Shown in pieces: positions 9,912 through 19,938 of a stretch of DNA of 64,000 bases. This stretch comes from an uncultured bacterium. GTDB taxonomy: Bacteria > JAUVQV01 > CAWCAY01. Location: positions 219,196-283,195 of the forward strand of contig CAWCAY010000005.1 in assembly GCA_963793725.1 (NCBI GenBank). The letters run 5' to 3'. The position numbers were made by a program, and so were the translations under genes. Every line of letters begins with the position of its first letter. Position 1 is the first letter of the stretch. The notes under the pieces were generated by a model. That model saw only the letters and a list, made by a program, of their open reading frames with translations. It had not been told where the DNA came from and searched no databases.

Positions 9912-10586
9912 ATGACCAGAGAACACATCAGCACCCAGTACGACAAGGAACTTGCGGAACTGAAGGATCGGATCCTGAGTATGGGGCACGACCTGATCCA
10001 GATGATCAACTCCACCATGAAGTCCTTGCTGGATCACGACGCTGACCTGGCCAGGAAGATGATCGAGTTCGACCACTCGATCAACCGCCAGGAGGTCGAC
10101 ATCGACGAGCTTGCCCAGCGCGTCATCGCCCTCCGGCAGCCTGCGGCGGGCGACCTGCGCTTCATCATCATGGCCCTCAAGATATCGACCGACCTGGAGC
10201 GCATCGGCGACCTGTGCGTCAACATCGCCGAGCGTGCCCTCGAGTTGAACGCCGAGACGCAACTCAAGCCCTACATCGACCTCCCCAAGATGGCCGAGGC
10301 GGCCGTGTCGATGATCGACGACGTGCTGGACGCGTTCGTCCAGGGAGACGCCGAGAAAGCGGCCAGGGTTTCCGAGCGTGACGACTACGTCGACCAGCTC
10401 AACGAGCAGATCTTCCGCGAGCTGCTGACCTTCATGATGGAGGATCCGAAAACCATCGGGCGGGCAACCCGCCTGATGTTCATCTCGAAGTACCTCGAGC
10501 GGATGGCCGACCACACCACCAACATCGCCGAGATGGTCGTCTTCATGGTCAAGGGGAAGAACATCCGCCACATGGGACACCTATAG
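9912..10586 (+). CDS. phoU: Phosphate signalling complex protein PhoU
   Basis: ATG 9912 inside track ORF 9585..10586. Two PhoU repeats (ALKISTDLERIGDLCVNIAE, ISKYLERMADHTTNIAE). It follows pstB directly. Confidence 0.92.
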   Translation: MTREHISTQYDKELAELKDRILSMGHDLIQMINSTMKSLLDHDADLARKMIEFDHSINRQEVDIDELAQRVIALRQPAAGDLRFIIMALKISTDLERIGDLCVNIAERALELNAETQLKPYIDLPKMAEAAVSMIDDVLDAFVQGDAEKAARVSERDDYVDQLNEQIFRELLTFMMEDPKTIGRATRLMFISKYLERMADHTTNIAEMVVFMVKGKNIRHMGHL

Positions 10587-10596
10587 GCGGAACGAA

Positions 10597-10800
10597 CTAC
10601 TCGTGGAAGTCCTCCCCCAGCCCCATCTCCAGGTTCATCTTGGCGTTGTTCAGGATTTCGACCAGCTTCTGGAAGTCACCCGAGTAGAAGTTGATGTCCA
10701 GGAAGTCGAGCTGGACCTGGACGACGTCGTCCTCCTCGTCGTACCACACCTCAACCGTCTGGTCGTTCTCGGGCAGCTCACCCTCGCCGAGATTCTTCAT
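10597..10800 (-). CDS. Small acidic hypothetical protein (67 aa)
   Basis: ATG 10800 preceded by GGAGGA (inside track ORF 10597..10929). Its own TGgTATAAT box lies upstream. MKNLGEGELPENDQTVEVWYDEEDDVVQVQLDFLD.. No family recognised. Confidence 0.5.
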   Translation of the reverse strand: MKNLGEGELPENDQTVEVWYDEEDDVVQVQLDFLDINFYSGDFQKLVEILNNAKMNLEMGLGEDFHE

Positions 10801-10851
10801 GCCGTTCCTCCGTGTGGACTGCGATGATCGTGCCGGCCTTCGCGCGTGACG

Positions 10852-10860
10852 ATTATACCA
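10852..10860 (-). promoter_or_regulatory. Extended -10 promoter element TGgTATAAT for the small acidic gene
   Basis: The minus strand reads ccggTGgTATAATcgtcac, about 50 nt upstream of ATG 10800. A perfect TATAAT in a GC-rich spacer. Confidence 0.5.
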
Positions 10861-10874
10861 CCGGCGGACACACA

Positions 10875-10883
10875 TGCTATACT
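10875..10883 (+). promoter_or_regulatory. Extended -10 promoter element TGcTATACT for the 177-aa gene / feoB operon
   Basis: cacaTGcTATACTgcc lies 23 nt upstream of ATG 10907, with AAGGAG between them. It sits back to back with the minus-strand box 15 nt away. Confidence 0.45.
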
Positions 10884-10906
10884 GCCCGCCACAAAGGAGA
10901 ATTAGC

Positions 10907-11440
10907 ATGGCGCTCATCAAGCACGGCACGGCCTACCAACCGCAGAAGCGGATCGTCAGAGCGCGCATCCTGACCGATGGAGGGTGGGTCTCCGGCAACT
11001 TCAACCTCCCCCAGACGGCTTTCTTCCTCGACTTCCTCAATCGGGGCTCGGTGTTCGAGACCCTGACCGACGTCAGCCTTCCGGACAGTCCCCAGGAAAT
11101 TCCCTTCTTTCTCCTGAACCGCGTTTCGATGGTGCTCCTGATCGTCAGCGAGGAACGCGAAATCACCGCCCGGCCCTCCATGAACCTCACCTCCCGGCGG
11201 GTCCGCTGCCTCTTCCGCCAGGGGAGCCTCGAGGGTGACGTCGACATCCTGCAGGGGGCGAGGGTCTCCGACCACTTCGGCAACCGCCGGGGGTTCGTGG
11301 TCATGAGCGGCTGCCGCCTGCTGATGCACAACGTGCAAGGCGAACTGATCGAGACGGAACACCGACGGCTGGTGGTCAACACCGATACCATGATCGGCCT
11401 GTCCGACGCCCCCGCAGACGTCCAGGCCGCTCTTTCCTGA
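10907..11440 (+). CDS. Hypothetical protein (177 aa) with an internal tandem duplication; immediately upstream of feoB
   Basis: AAGGAG lies 7 nt before ATG 10907 (track ORF 10874..11440). The two halves align by eye: RIVRARILTDGGWVSGNFNLPQTAFFLDFLNRGSVFETLTDVSL against RRVRCLFRQGSLEGDVDILQGARVSDHFGNRRGFVVMSGCRL. Confidence 0.55.
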   Translation: MALIKHGTAYQPQKRIVRARILTDGGWVSGNFNLPQTAFFLDFLNRGSVFETLTDVSLPDSPQEIPFFLLNRVSMVLLIVSEEREITARPSMNLTSRRVRCLFRQGSLEGDVDILQGARVSDHFGNRRGFVVMSGCRLLMHNVQGELIETEHRRLVVNTDTMIGLSDAPADVQAALS

Positions 11441-11443
11441 GGA

Positions 11444-13435
11444 TTGCCGAGGAGCATGGACCCAAGCCACCCACCGGCTTTTCCCGAGTCGGCGCCTTCC
11501 GAACCGGTCGGACTCCTGGTGGGCAACCCCAACGTCGGCAAGAGCGTCCTGTTCAACCAGCTCACCGGGCGCTACGCCATGGTCTCGAACTACCCGGGGA
11601 CCACCATCGAGTTGATGTCGGCCCGGATGACCCTCCCCGACGGTTCCCTGTGCCTGCTGATCGACACACCGGGCATCAACGGGCTTCTTCCCTTCTCCGA
11701 GGACGAGAAGGTCACCCAGAGGATCATACTCGAGCGGAATCCCGCCTTCATCATCCAGGTGGCTGACAGCAAGAACCTCGCCCGAACCCTGCAGTTGACC
11801 CTGCAGTTCATGGACCTGGATGTCCCGCTGGTCCTGGCGCTGAACATGAGCGACGAGGCCGCCCTCAAGGGAATGGTCATCGACGGGGCCGAGCTCTCCC
11901 GGCTCCTCGGCCTGCCGGTGACAGCCACGTCGGCCCCCCGGGGCGAGGGCATCGTCCGACTCCGGGAACTGATCCCCACCGCCGGCCACCCGTCGCGCCG
12001 CCCCTGCTACCCGGCGGCGATCGAGAAGGGCTTGGAGGAACTGGCTCCCCTCTTCACCAAGCATCCGGGGAGCGCCCATCTGCTGGCCATGCTGGTCATG
12101 GCCAACGACCCTTTCATCAACGACTGGCTGGCGTCATCCTATGACGCCGACACCCTGGGGAAGGCATCTTCCGTCGCCGGCGCGTCCAGGCGCAGTTCAC
12201 CAAGCCCCTCCACCTGATCATGGCCCAGTCGCGCGACAAAGCCGCCGCGGAGCTTGCCCGCCAGGTCATCCGCCGGCCGGAAGAGGTCACCAGCGGCCTG
12301 GCCGAGCGGATCGGTGTCATCACCCGGCGCCCGCTCACCGGCATACCCATCTTCCTGTTCGTGCTCTGGCTGCTGTACGAGATCGTCGGGGTCATGGCCG
12401 CCGGGACCCTGGTCGACTTCATGGAAGGGACCCTCTTCGGCCGGTGGATCAACCCCTGGCTGGTCGGCCTCTTCAGCCACCTGCCCTGGGCGTTCATGCG
12501 AGACCTCTTCACCGGCGAATTCGGCCTGATCACCATGGGGCTGACCTACGCGCTGGCCATCGTCCTGCCCATCGTCGGCACCTTCTTCCTTTGCTTCGGC
12601 TTCCTGGAGGACTCGGGCTACCTTCCCCGGTTGTCGGTCATTTCCGACCGCCTATTCCGGGGGATCGGATTGAACGGCAAGGCTATCCTGCCGATGGTCC
12701 TCGGCCTGGGATGCGGCACCATGGCCACCCTGACCGCCCGGATCCTGGAAACCCGCAAGGAGCGGTTGATCGTCACCCTCCTCCTGGCCCTGGGGATTCC
12801 CTGCTCGGCACAGCTCGGGGTCATGCTGGCCATCATGGCCTCACTGAGCGTCCCGGCCGTCCTGACGATCGTCGGCGTGCTCCTGCTTCAGTTGCTGCTG
12901 GTCGGCTGGGCAGCCGCCCGCCTCCTTCCCGGCGAGAAGTCCGATTTCATACTGGAGATCCCCCCGATACGCCTCCCCCGGCTGTCGAACATCCTCCGCA
13001 AGACCTTTCTGCGGGTCGACTGGTTCCTCCGGGAGGCCATCCCCCTCTTCCTCGTCGGCACCTTCGTCCTCTTCCTGGCCGACCGCTTCGGACTGCTGGC
13101 AGCTGCTGGTGCGGGCCGCCGAGCCGTTGATTTCCGGCTGGCTCCGCCTCCCGGCCGAAACAGCCACCGTCTTCATCATGGGCTTCTTCCGCCGCGACTA
13201 CGGCGCCGCCCAACTCTTCCAGATGGTCAAGGCGAACCTGGTGACCCCCAACCAAATGGTCATCAGCCTGGTCGTCCTGACCCTCTTCATCCCCTGCATC
13301 GCCAACTTCCTGGTGATCATCAAGGAGCAGGGCTGGCGCAAGGCCGCGGGAATCGCCGCCTTCATCTTCCCCTTTGCCATCCTGGTGGGCGGACTCCTCG
13401 GACACGCCCTGGAACTGCTGGGCGTCGTCTTCTGA
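11444..13435 (+). pseudogene. feoB: Ferrous iron transporter FeoB; 2 frame breaks
   Basis: Track ORFs 11444..12217, 12220..13659 (first part) and 13109..13435. G-domain motifs GNPNVGKS, DTPG, NMSD. Polytopic C-terminal part (GFLEDSGYLPRLSVISDRLF, MVLGLGCGTMATL, FFRRDYGAAQL). Breaks near 12170 and 13100. Start is TTG 11444 or ATG 11456. Confidence 0.88.
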
Positions 13436-13458
13436 ACGAGCCGCCGGCCGGCTTCAAG

Positions 13459-13467
13459 TGGTATACT
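13459..13467 (+). promoter_or_regulatory. Extended -10 element TGgTATACT exactly 7 nt upstream of the regulator ATG (leaderless geometry)
   Basis: caagTGgTATACTgttgtccATG. No Shine-Dalgarno is possible between the box and ATG 13475. Confidence 0.45.
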
Positions 13468-13474
13468 GTTGTCC

Positions 13475-14137
13475 ATGACCCACCAACGGAAGAACGCCCG
13501 CCGCGAGGAGGAACTGCTGGAGGCGATCTGGTCGGCCCGGGAGAAGGGGAGCCGGTCGCTGTCCTTCATCGGCACGCTGGCCCACGTGCCGGTCGAGGAG
13601 AGCCTGCTCAGCGGATGGTCTCCGAGGGCTGCTCGCCCGATCCGGGGATGACGTGGTGATGACCCCGGCCGGCGAGGGGAAGGCCCGCTCCATCATCCGC
13701 CGCCACCGGCTGGCCGAGCGGTTGCTGCACGACGTGCTGGCCATGCGCCTCGAGGATGCCGAGAGCGGGGCCTGCGAGTTCGAGCACATCCTCGCCCCCG
13801 GGGTGACCGACGGCATCTGCACCCTTCTCGGGCACCCGCGCGAATGTCCCCACGGCTCGCCCATCCCCGAGGGGAACTGCTGTCAGGAAACCCGCCGCCA
13901 GGTGTCATCCCTGGTCTTTCCGCTGACCGAACTGGCCCGGGCGAAAGTGCCCGGATTGCCTACATCACCACCGCCCACCACCCCCGGCTCCACAAGCTCC
14001 TGTCGTTCGGCGTGTCACCCGGATCGGTGGTCAAGATTCACCAGAAATTCCCCTCGCTCATCATCCAGAGCGAGCAGACCGAGTTGGCCCTCGAGGAGGC
14101 GGTCGCCCGCGACATATTCGTGCGGCGGGACCGCTGA
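13475..14137 (+). pseudogene. DtxR/MntR-family metal-dependent repressor with C-terminal FeoA (SH3-like) domain; 3 frame breaks
   Basis: Pieces of track ORFs 13469..13651, 12220..13659 (tail), 13653..14882 (head) and 13844..14137. Blocks: RRHRLAERLLHDVL, CEFEHILAPG, HPRECPHGSPIP, then ARIAYITTAHHPRLHKLLSFGVSPGSVVKIHQ..LALEEAVARDIFV. Breaks near 13608, 13625 and 13945. Confidence 0.8.
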
Positions 14138-14139
14138 AG

Positions 14140-14882
14140 GTGGAACTTTCGAACCTCACCTCGCCGGCCTTCTCCGACGCGGTCGCCGGCTGTCCGGCGG
14201 TGATCATCCCCTTCGGCTCGGTCGAGGCCCACGGCGCACACCTGCCCCTCTCCACCGACACCGCCCAGGCCTCGCCGTGGCGACCGCGGCGGCCGACGAG
14301 GCCGGAATCCTGTGCGCCCCCCCGGTTCACTATGGAGTCTGTACCAGCACCCGAAACCACCCGGGCACGATCGGAATCTCGCCTGCCACCCTCCGGCGGC
14401 TGACCCGTGACCTGATTCGCTCGTTCCGAAGCCAGGGAATCCGGGTCTTCGTGCTCATATCGGGGCATGCCGGCCGCTCGCACTTGATGGCCCTTCGAGA
14501 CGCCGCGCACGACCTGGTCGACAACGAGCCGGGCCTCCACGTGGCGGTCATCTCCGAGTACGACCTGGTCAGCCGCGAGGGAGCCGGCCTTATCTCCACG
14601 CCCGACGACCGGCACGCCGGGGAGATCGAGACGTCGAGAATGCTTCACCTCGATCCGGAATCGGTGCGGGGCTGCTCCCCGGCCGGGCGCCCCTCCTTCG
14701 CCGACTGGGTCATCGAACCTGATCCCGTTTCAGTCTGGCCCGGTTCCGTCTGGGGCAACCCTGCCGCGGCGACCACCGAGAAGGGACGGCGGCTTACCGA
14801 GGTGTCGGTAAGGGCCGTCGTCGGGGTCATCCGGGCCATGCTGGATCGCGCCTCCCCGGCCAGCCCTGCCCCTCGGACCTGA
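14140..14882 (+). pseudogene. Creatininase (creatinine amidohydrolase) family protein; 1 frame break
   Basis: GTG 14140 (track ORF 14140..14403) joined near 14270 to the tail of ORF 13653..14882. Family blocks FGSVEAHGAHLPLSTD and DRHAGEIETS. Confidence 0.75.
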
Positions 14883-14883
14883 C

Positions 14884-15350
14884 GTGGACATCATCGCCCT
14901 GATGGACCTGGCCACGGAAATCGAGGAGGACGACTGCCGCGCTATACCGCGGCTTCTCGAACCAGTTCCAGTCGAATCCGGAAGGCTTCCGCTTCTGGGA
15001 GGAGATCGCCCGGGATGAGCAGCGCCACGCCGACACGATCAGGGTCTTCAGGCGGAAGCGCTCTGTCGATGATCCTTCCGCGAAAGACCCACCCGAAGAC
15101 CGGCGGCGATTTCCGGCAGATGCTGTCGGAAGTCAAACGCAAGGCCGGCGTCGCGGAAGCCGTCAGCATCGGCCAGGCCCTGCAGGCCGCCCTGGAAGTC
15201 GAGCAGGGCCTTCGGCGCATCCACACGTCGACCTGCCGAGGGATTTCCGATCCAATGTTCGTCAGGTTGATGGCCCGTCTGGGGGATGCCGACACGGCTC
15301 ACCTGCACAGGATCAAGGCGATCGCCCGGATAATTTCCGGCAGTCACTGA
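14884..15350 (+). pseudogene. Ferritin-like / rubrerythrin-like helical protein (tentative); about 2 frame breaks
   Basis: GTG 14884 (VDIIALMDLATEIEEDD), then YRGFSNQFQSNPEGFRFWEEIARDEQRHADTIR in a second frame, then track ORF 15015..15350 (..QALQAALEVEQGL..). Breaks near 14945 and 15055. Family call by pattern only. Confidence 0.35.
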
Positions 15351-15372
15351 CCGCCGCGGCCAACCCGACGGA

Positions 15373-16531
15373 CTAGCGGGACTGCCGGTGCGGCGTCACG
15401 ACAAGCGTCAGTTGCACCTTCCGACCCGGCCCGTCGAGGACGACGGGCATCAGCTTCCCGTTCCGATCGCTCCACCGACCGGTCAGTTCGCCCTCCTGGG
15501 GCGCCCCTCCCGGGTTCTGTCTGGCGACCGAGTAGAAAGTCCCCGGGGCGTCGACCGGGATGTTGAACCGGCCGTCGCCGCCAGTCGCCGTCGAAAGGTG
15601 GGCCGGCTTGCCGGTCGCCCCGGAATCCCGGTAGAGCAGCAGGTGAATCCCCGCTACGCCGCGCCCCATCTGGTCGCGCACCACGCCCTCGACGGACATG
15701 CCGGCCGCAGCCCCGCCCCCCTGGGCCACCGCGGGGTCGTCGACGACGTCGGTGACTTCCAGTTCGATCCGCTCGCATGCCGCCACCCGGCACGACCACC
15801 GGATTGCCGTGGTAGTAGCCCACCCGGTCACCCTTCCTGAGCGCTCCCAGCATCCCGCCGGCTTGCCGCTGGCGAGCCACCAGGTAGTATTCCCCCGGCG
15901 GCAGCCCCGTCCTGAACGTCCCATCCTTGCCCACCGGAACGACGGTGTGCCCCATGCCCCTGAAGCCGTCGCCGGCGTCCTTGTAGACGTACAGGTAGAG
16001 CTTTCCGAGCGCCTTGCCCTGATAGACGATCCGCCCCTCGACGCCGGTGGCCGAACCGCTGGTGACGGCCCCATCGCTGGGGACCTTCACCAGGTTGAAG
16101 CCCAGGTCGATCCGCTGGTTTCCCCTGACGGTCACCGGGTTGCCGCTGTAGAACGCAAAAAGATCCCCCGGCGCAGGCATGGCGGACTCGCCCTGGCCGG
16201 CCATCAGGTACCACGTGCCGTCGGGAAGGGCAAGGGAGAAGACGCCCCCGGCATCGCTCGTGGATGTTGGCATGCCGGCGCGGAGCGGCTCCGGGCGTGG
16301 CGCACGCTGGGCGCGAACCAGGACACCCGGGACGGGCGAGCCGCCCCTGGTCACCACTCCGGTGACTGTGGCGCCCATGGCCCCGGGACCCGGGAACGAA
16401 ATCGCCAGCGCCACGGCCAGCCAGACTGCCGGCGTGAACCGGCGACCCTTGCCGGAAGAAGAAAGGGCGGGACCGTCATGGCCCCGCCCTCGACAGATCG
16501 ACAGACATGAATCCCGCTTAGCCGTCGGCAT
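15373..16531 (-). pseudogene. Secreted protein with repeated carboxypeptidase-regulatory-like (CarboxypepD_reg) domains; 1 frame break; start uncertain
   Basis: Track ORFs 15344..16531 and 15373..16074, joined near 15800. Repeats of the type GVVTRGGSPVPGVLVRA, GRIVYQGKALGKLYLYVY, GVVRDQMGRGVAGIHLLLY. The first ~25 codons of the ORF contain the rplQ terminator hairpin, so the true start is probably downstream or lost. Confidence 0.55.
16455..16489 (-). terminator. Intrinsic terminator of the alpha (rpsM..rplQ) operon
   Basis: The minus strand reads GGGCGGGGCC-atgac-GGTCCCGCCC (10-bp stem, one G.U) followed by TTTCTTCTT, about 30 nt after the rplQ stop. Confidence 0.7.
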
Positions 16532-17081
16532 CCTTTTCCTTGCCCGCCGGGGCTGCCTTCCGGGCGCCCTTGCCGGCTGGAGACGACTTCTCCGTGGGCT
16601 TCTTCTTCTGGGCGGCAGGTTTGCGCGCGGGCGCCTTCTTGGCCGACACGGCCTCCCGGGCGGCCTGGACGGGGGACTTGGCCTTCTTCTCGGCCTTGGC
16701 CTTTGTCTCGGGGGCCTTGACGGCCGTGCGCTCGGTCAACTCAATGAGGGCCATATCGGCGTTGTCGCCGGGCCGCTTGCCCAAGCGCAGTATCCGGGTG
16801 TAGCCCCCCTGTCGCTCGGCGAACAGGACCGCCATCTGCTTGAAGAGCTTGTACACGATCTCCTTCTTCCGAATGACCGCCAGGGCCCTTCTCTGCGACG
16901 CCAGGTCGCCTTTCTTCCCCAGGGTGATCATACGCTCGGCCACACGCCTGACCTCCTTGGCCTTGGGGAGCGTGGTCTCGATGCGCTCGTAATCCAGCAA
17001 CGACGTCACCATGGTGCGCAGCATGGCGTTGCGGTGGGCGGATGTCCGGCCAAGTTTTCTCTTTTCGACTCGGTGTCGCAT
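16518..17081 (-). CDS. rplQ: 50S ribosomal protein L17 with a ~65-aa Lys/Ala/Pro-rich C-terminal extension
   Basis: Track ORF, 187 aa. [29 protein letters not shown].. is L17. The tail is [65 protein letters not shown]. Confidence 0.95.
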   Translation of the reverse strand: MRHRVEKRKLGRTSAHRNAMLRTMVTSLLDYERIETTLPKAKEVRRVAERMITLGKKGDLASQRRALAVIRKKEIVYKLFKQMAVLFAERQGGYTRILRLGKRPGDNADMALIELTERTAVKAPETKAKAEKKAKSPVQAAREAVSAKKAPARKPAAQKKKPTEKSSPAGKGARKAAPAGKEKDADG

Positions 17082-17087
17082 GATCGA

Positions 17088-18086
17088 CTATTCTCCCTTG
17101 TCCTCACGGGCCCGCGCCGGATAGGCGGACAGGTCCATGCCCAGGCTGAGCCCCATCTCACCGAGGATGACCTTGATCTCGTCGAGGGACTTCTTGCCGA
17201 AGTTCTTCGTCTTGAGCATCTCCGCCTCGGTCTTCTGAACCAGGTCCCTGATCGTCTGGATGTCGGAGTTCTTCAGGCAGTTGGCGGATCGCACGGTCAG
17301 CTCCAGTTCACTGACGCTCTTGTCGAGGTAGCGCCGGACGACGTCCGAGATGCCGTCGGGAGACGCGGCCGACTTCTCGCCGGCGTCGGTGAAGGTTCCG
17401 AAAAGCTCGAGGTAGGACCGGAAGAGCCCGGACGCCTTTGACAGGGCGTCGGCCGGCCTGATGCTGCCGTCGGTGGTGATTTCCATGATCAGGCGGTCAT
17501 AGTCGGTGGCCTGGCCGACGCGGGCGTTCTCGATCTGGTAGCTCACCCGGCTAACGGGATTGTAGACGGCATCGATGGGGATGACGTCGAGGGGCTTGCC
17601 CTCGGACTTGTTCAACTCGGCCGGTACGTAGCCTCTGCCACGGCTGACAGTCATCTCCATCTTCAAATGGCCGTTCTTGCTGAGCGTGGCGATGTGCTGG
17701 GCCGGATTCATCACCGTGACGAAGGCGTCGGCGTCGATGTCGCCGGCCGTGACCGGCCCGGCGCCCTTCTTGTCGAGGGTGATCACCTTGGGCTCCAACG
17801 CGTCCAACTTGACCCGGACCTTCTTCAGATTCAGGATGATGGCGGTGACGTCCTCGAGCACTCCGCTCAGGGAGCTGAACTCGTGCAGGACGCCCTTGAT
17901 CTTGACCGAGGTGATCGCCGACCCCTCGATCGACGACAGCAAGATCCGCCGAAGCGAATTGCCTATGGTAACGCCGAAGCCCCGCTCGAGGGGATCGGCC
18001 ACGAAGCGCCCGAACGTGTCGCTCGAGGACTCGACGTCGAACTCCACCCTCTTGGGCTTGATGAACGAGGTAGTGTCTGTGCTCAT
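17088..18086 (-). CDS. rpoA: DNA-directed RNA polymerase subunit alpha
   Basis: ATG 18086 inside track ORF 17088..18173. [16 protein letters not shown], and a C-terminal domain with [13 protein letters not shown]. Confidence 0.95.
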   Translation of the reverse strand: MSTDTTSFIKPKRVEFDVESSSDTFGRFVADPLERGFGVTIGNSLRRILLSSIEGSAITSVKIKGVLHEFSSLSGVLEDVTAIILNLKKVRVKLDALEPKVITLDKKGAGPVTAGDIDADAFVTVMNPAQHIATLSKNGHLKMEMTVSRGRGYVPAELNKSEGKPLDVIPIDAVYNPVSRVSYQIENARVGQATDYDRLIMEITTDGSIRPADALSKASGLFRSYLELFGTFTDAGEKSAASPDGISDVVRRYLDKSVSELELTVRSANCLKNSDIQTIRDLVQKTEAEMLKTKNFGKKSLDEIKVILGEMGLSLGMDLSAYPARAREDKGE

Positions 18087-18123
18087 GTTCTCTGTCCCCT
18101 TTGGAACGGTTTCGTGTGCCAGG

Positions 18124-18750
18124 TCACTTGGAGTACAATTCGACGACCAGTTGCTCCTGGACCGGCAAGGCAATCTCTTCCCGGGTCGGAATGCTCAGGA
18201 ACTTGGCCGCCATGGCCCCGGTCTCGACCGCGATCCACTGGGGGAAACCCCGCTTGCCCGCCGCATCGAAGGCCTCCTTGACGACCGCCATCTCGCGGCT
18301 CTTCTCCTTGACACCCACCGTCTCCCCGGCCTTGACCAGGTAGGAGGGGATGTTGACCTTCCGGCCATCGAGGGTGATGTGGCCGTGCAGCACCAACTGG
18401 CGGGCCTGGCTGCGCGACGAAGCGAAGCCGCAGCGGTAGACAACGTTGTCCAGCCGGCGCTCCAGGAACTGCAGCAGCACCTCGCCGGTGATGCCCTTGG
18501 CCTTGTCGGCCTTGAAGAAGTAGTTCCGGAACTGCTTCTCCATGACGTGGAATATCCGCTTCACCTTCTGCTTCTCGCGAAGCTGGACCCCGAAGTCGGA
18601 CACCTTCTTCACCCGTTGCCCGTGCACGCCGGGCGGGTACTTGCGCCGCTCCATGGCGCACTTGGTCGAAAGGCACCGCTCACCCTTGAGGTGGAGCTTC
18701 ATGCCCTCGCGACGGCACTGCCGGCAAACCGCTTCTCTGTATCTGGCCAA
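18124..18750 (-). CDS. rpsD: 30S ribosomal protein S4 (TTG start)
   Basis: Inside track ORF 18124..18840. GGAGGGG, then TTG GCC AGA TAC gives (M)[15 protein letters not shown]. Confidence 0.93.
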   Translation of the reverse strand: MARYREAVCRQCRREGMKLHLKGERCLSTKCAMERRKYPPGVHGQRVKKVSDFGVQLREKQKVKRIFHVMEKQFRNYFFKADKAKGITGEVLLQFLERRLDNVVYRCGFASSRSQARQLVLHGHITLDGRKVNIPSYLVKAGETVGVKEKSREMAVVKEAFDAAGKRGFPQWIAVETGAMAAKFLSIPTREEIALPVQEQLVVELYSK

Positions 18751-18784
18751 ATCATTCCCCTCCTGGGAAGAGTTATTTCCTGAC

Positions 18785-19174
18785 TTACACCCTGCGCCGC
18801 TTCGGAGGACGACACCCGTTGTGCGGTATCGGCGTGACATCCTTTATCAGGCTGACCTGGAGGCCGGCCGCCTGGAGCGACCTGATGGCCGCCTCGCGCC
18901 CCGATCCGGGGCCCCTGACGAACACCTCGATCCTCTTGACCCCGTGCTCCCGAGCCTTCTTGGCGACATCCTCGGCGGCGATCTGGGCGGCAAAGGGCGT
19001 TCCCTTCCTCGAACCCTTGAAGCCCATGTGGCCGCTGCTGGACCAGCAGATGACCTGCCCGTCCGGGTCGGAGATGGTGATGATGGTGTTGTTGAAGGTC
19101 GACTTCACATGGGCAACGCCCATGGGAACGTTCTTCTTCTCCTTCTTCCTCTTGGTGGTCTTGGCTTTGGCCAT
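18785..19174 (-). CDS. rpsK: 30S ribosomal protein S11
   Basis: Track ORF, 129 aa. [18 protein letters not shown]. Confidence 0.96.
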   Translation of the reverse strand: MAKAKTTKRKKEKKNVPMGVAHVKSTFNNTIITISDPDGQVICWSSSGHMGFKGSRKGTPFAAQIAAEDVAKKAREHGVKRIEVFVRGPGSGREAAIRSLQAAGLQVSLIKDVTPIPHNGCRPPKRRRV

Positions 19175-19195
19175 CGCTATTCCATCCCCTCCTGG

Positions 19196-19568
19196 CTATT
19201 TCTTCACCTTGCCGACGGTGCCCCGGCGCTTGCCGCGGCGAGTGCGCGCGTTGGTATGAGTTCTCTGGCCCCTGACGGGCAGGGAGCGCCGGTGGCGTAT
19301 GCCCCGGTAGCACCCGATGTCCATGAGCCGCTTGATGTTGAACGCGATCTCCTTGCGCAGGTCGCCCTCGACCTTGCACTCGCGGTCGATGACCGTACAG
19401 GATCCGGCTGACCTGTTCCTCGTTCAGATCCTTGACCCGGAGGTCGAGGTCAACCCCGGCCTTCTCGAGGATGACGAGCGAGGTGTTACGGCCTATGCCG
19501 AAGATGTACGTCAGCGCGATCTCGACCCGCTTGTTCTTCGGTAAGTCTATCCCGGCTATGCGTGCCAC
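19196..19568 (-). pseudogene. rpsM: 30S ribosomal protein S13; one extra base as assembled
   Basis: [26 protein letters not shown].. (head of track ORF 18699..19568). The frame is lost at ATCC[T]GTACGG (~19399). The other frame continues [25 protein letters not shown] to the stop at 19196. Length is 3n+1. Confidence 0.92.
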
Positions 19569-19584
19569 GAGGGTGTCTCCTCTC

Positions 19585-19698
19585 TCAGCCCTGGCGCTGC
19601 TTGTGCTTGGGGTTCTCGCAGATTATGCGGACTACCCCGTGTCTCTTCACAATCTTGCACTTGTCGCAAATCCTCTTGACTGACGACCTGACCTTCAT
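19585..19698 (-). CDS. rpmJ: 50S ribosomal protein L36
   Basis: Hand translation gives [37 protein letters not shown]. Too short for the ORF track. Confidence 0.93.
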   Translation of the reverse strand: MKVRSSVKRICDKCKIVKRHGVVRIICENPKHKQRQG

Positions 19699-19719
19699 CT
19701 CTGTCTCCAAATCTCGATG

Positions 19720-19938
19720 TTACTTGTAACGGAAGATGATTCTTCCCCGTGTGAGATCGTACGGGGAGAGTTCCACCTTCACCCGGTCGCCCGGCAGGAT
19801 GCGGATGAAATGCATGCGCATCTTCCCGGATATATGAGCCAGAACCCGGTGCCCGTTGTCCAGTTCGACCCTGAACATGGCGTTCGGCAGGGGTTCGACG
19901 ATCGTTCCCTCGACCTCAATGGCTTCTTCCTTAGGCAT
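19720..19938 (-). CDS. infA: Translation initiation factor IF-1
   Basis: Track ORF, 72 aa. [41 protein letters not shown]. Confidence 0.96.
   Translation of the reverse strand: MPKEEAIEVEGTIVEPLPNAMFRVELDNGHRVLAHISGKMRMHFIRILPGDRVKVELSPYDLTRGRIIFRYK

Noticed and set aside
16490-16531. ATG 16531 as the true start of the CarboxypepD_reg protein
   Set aside because: This start would overlap the rplQ stop region and place the operon terminator hairpin inside the first 25 codons. I keep the ORF span in the feature but regard the start as unresolved.
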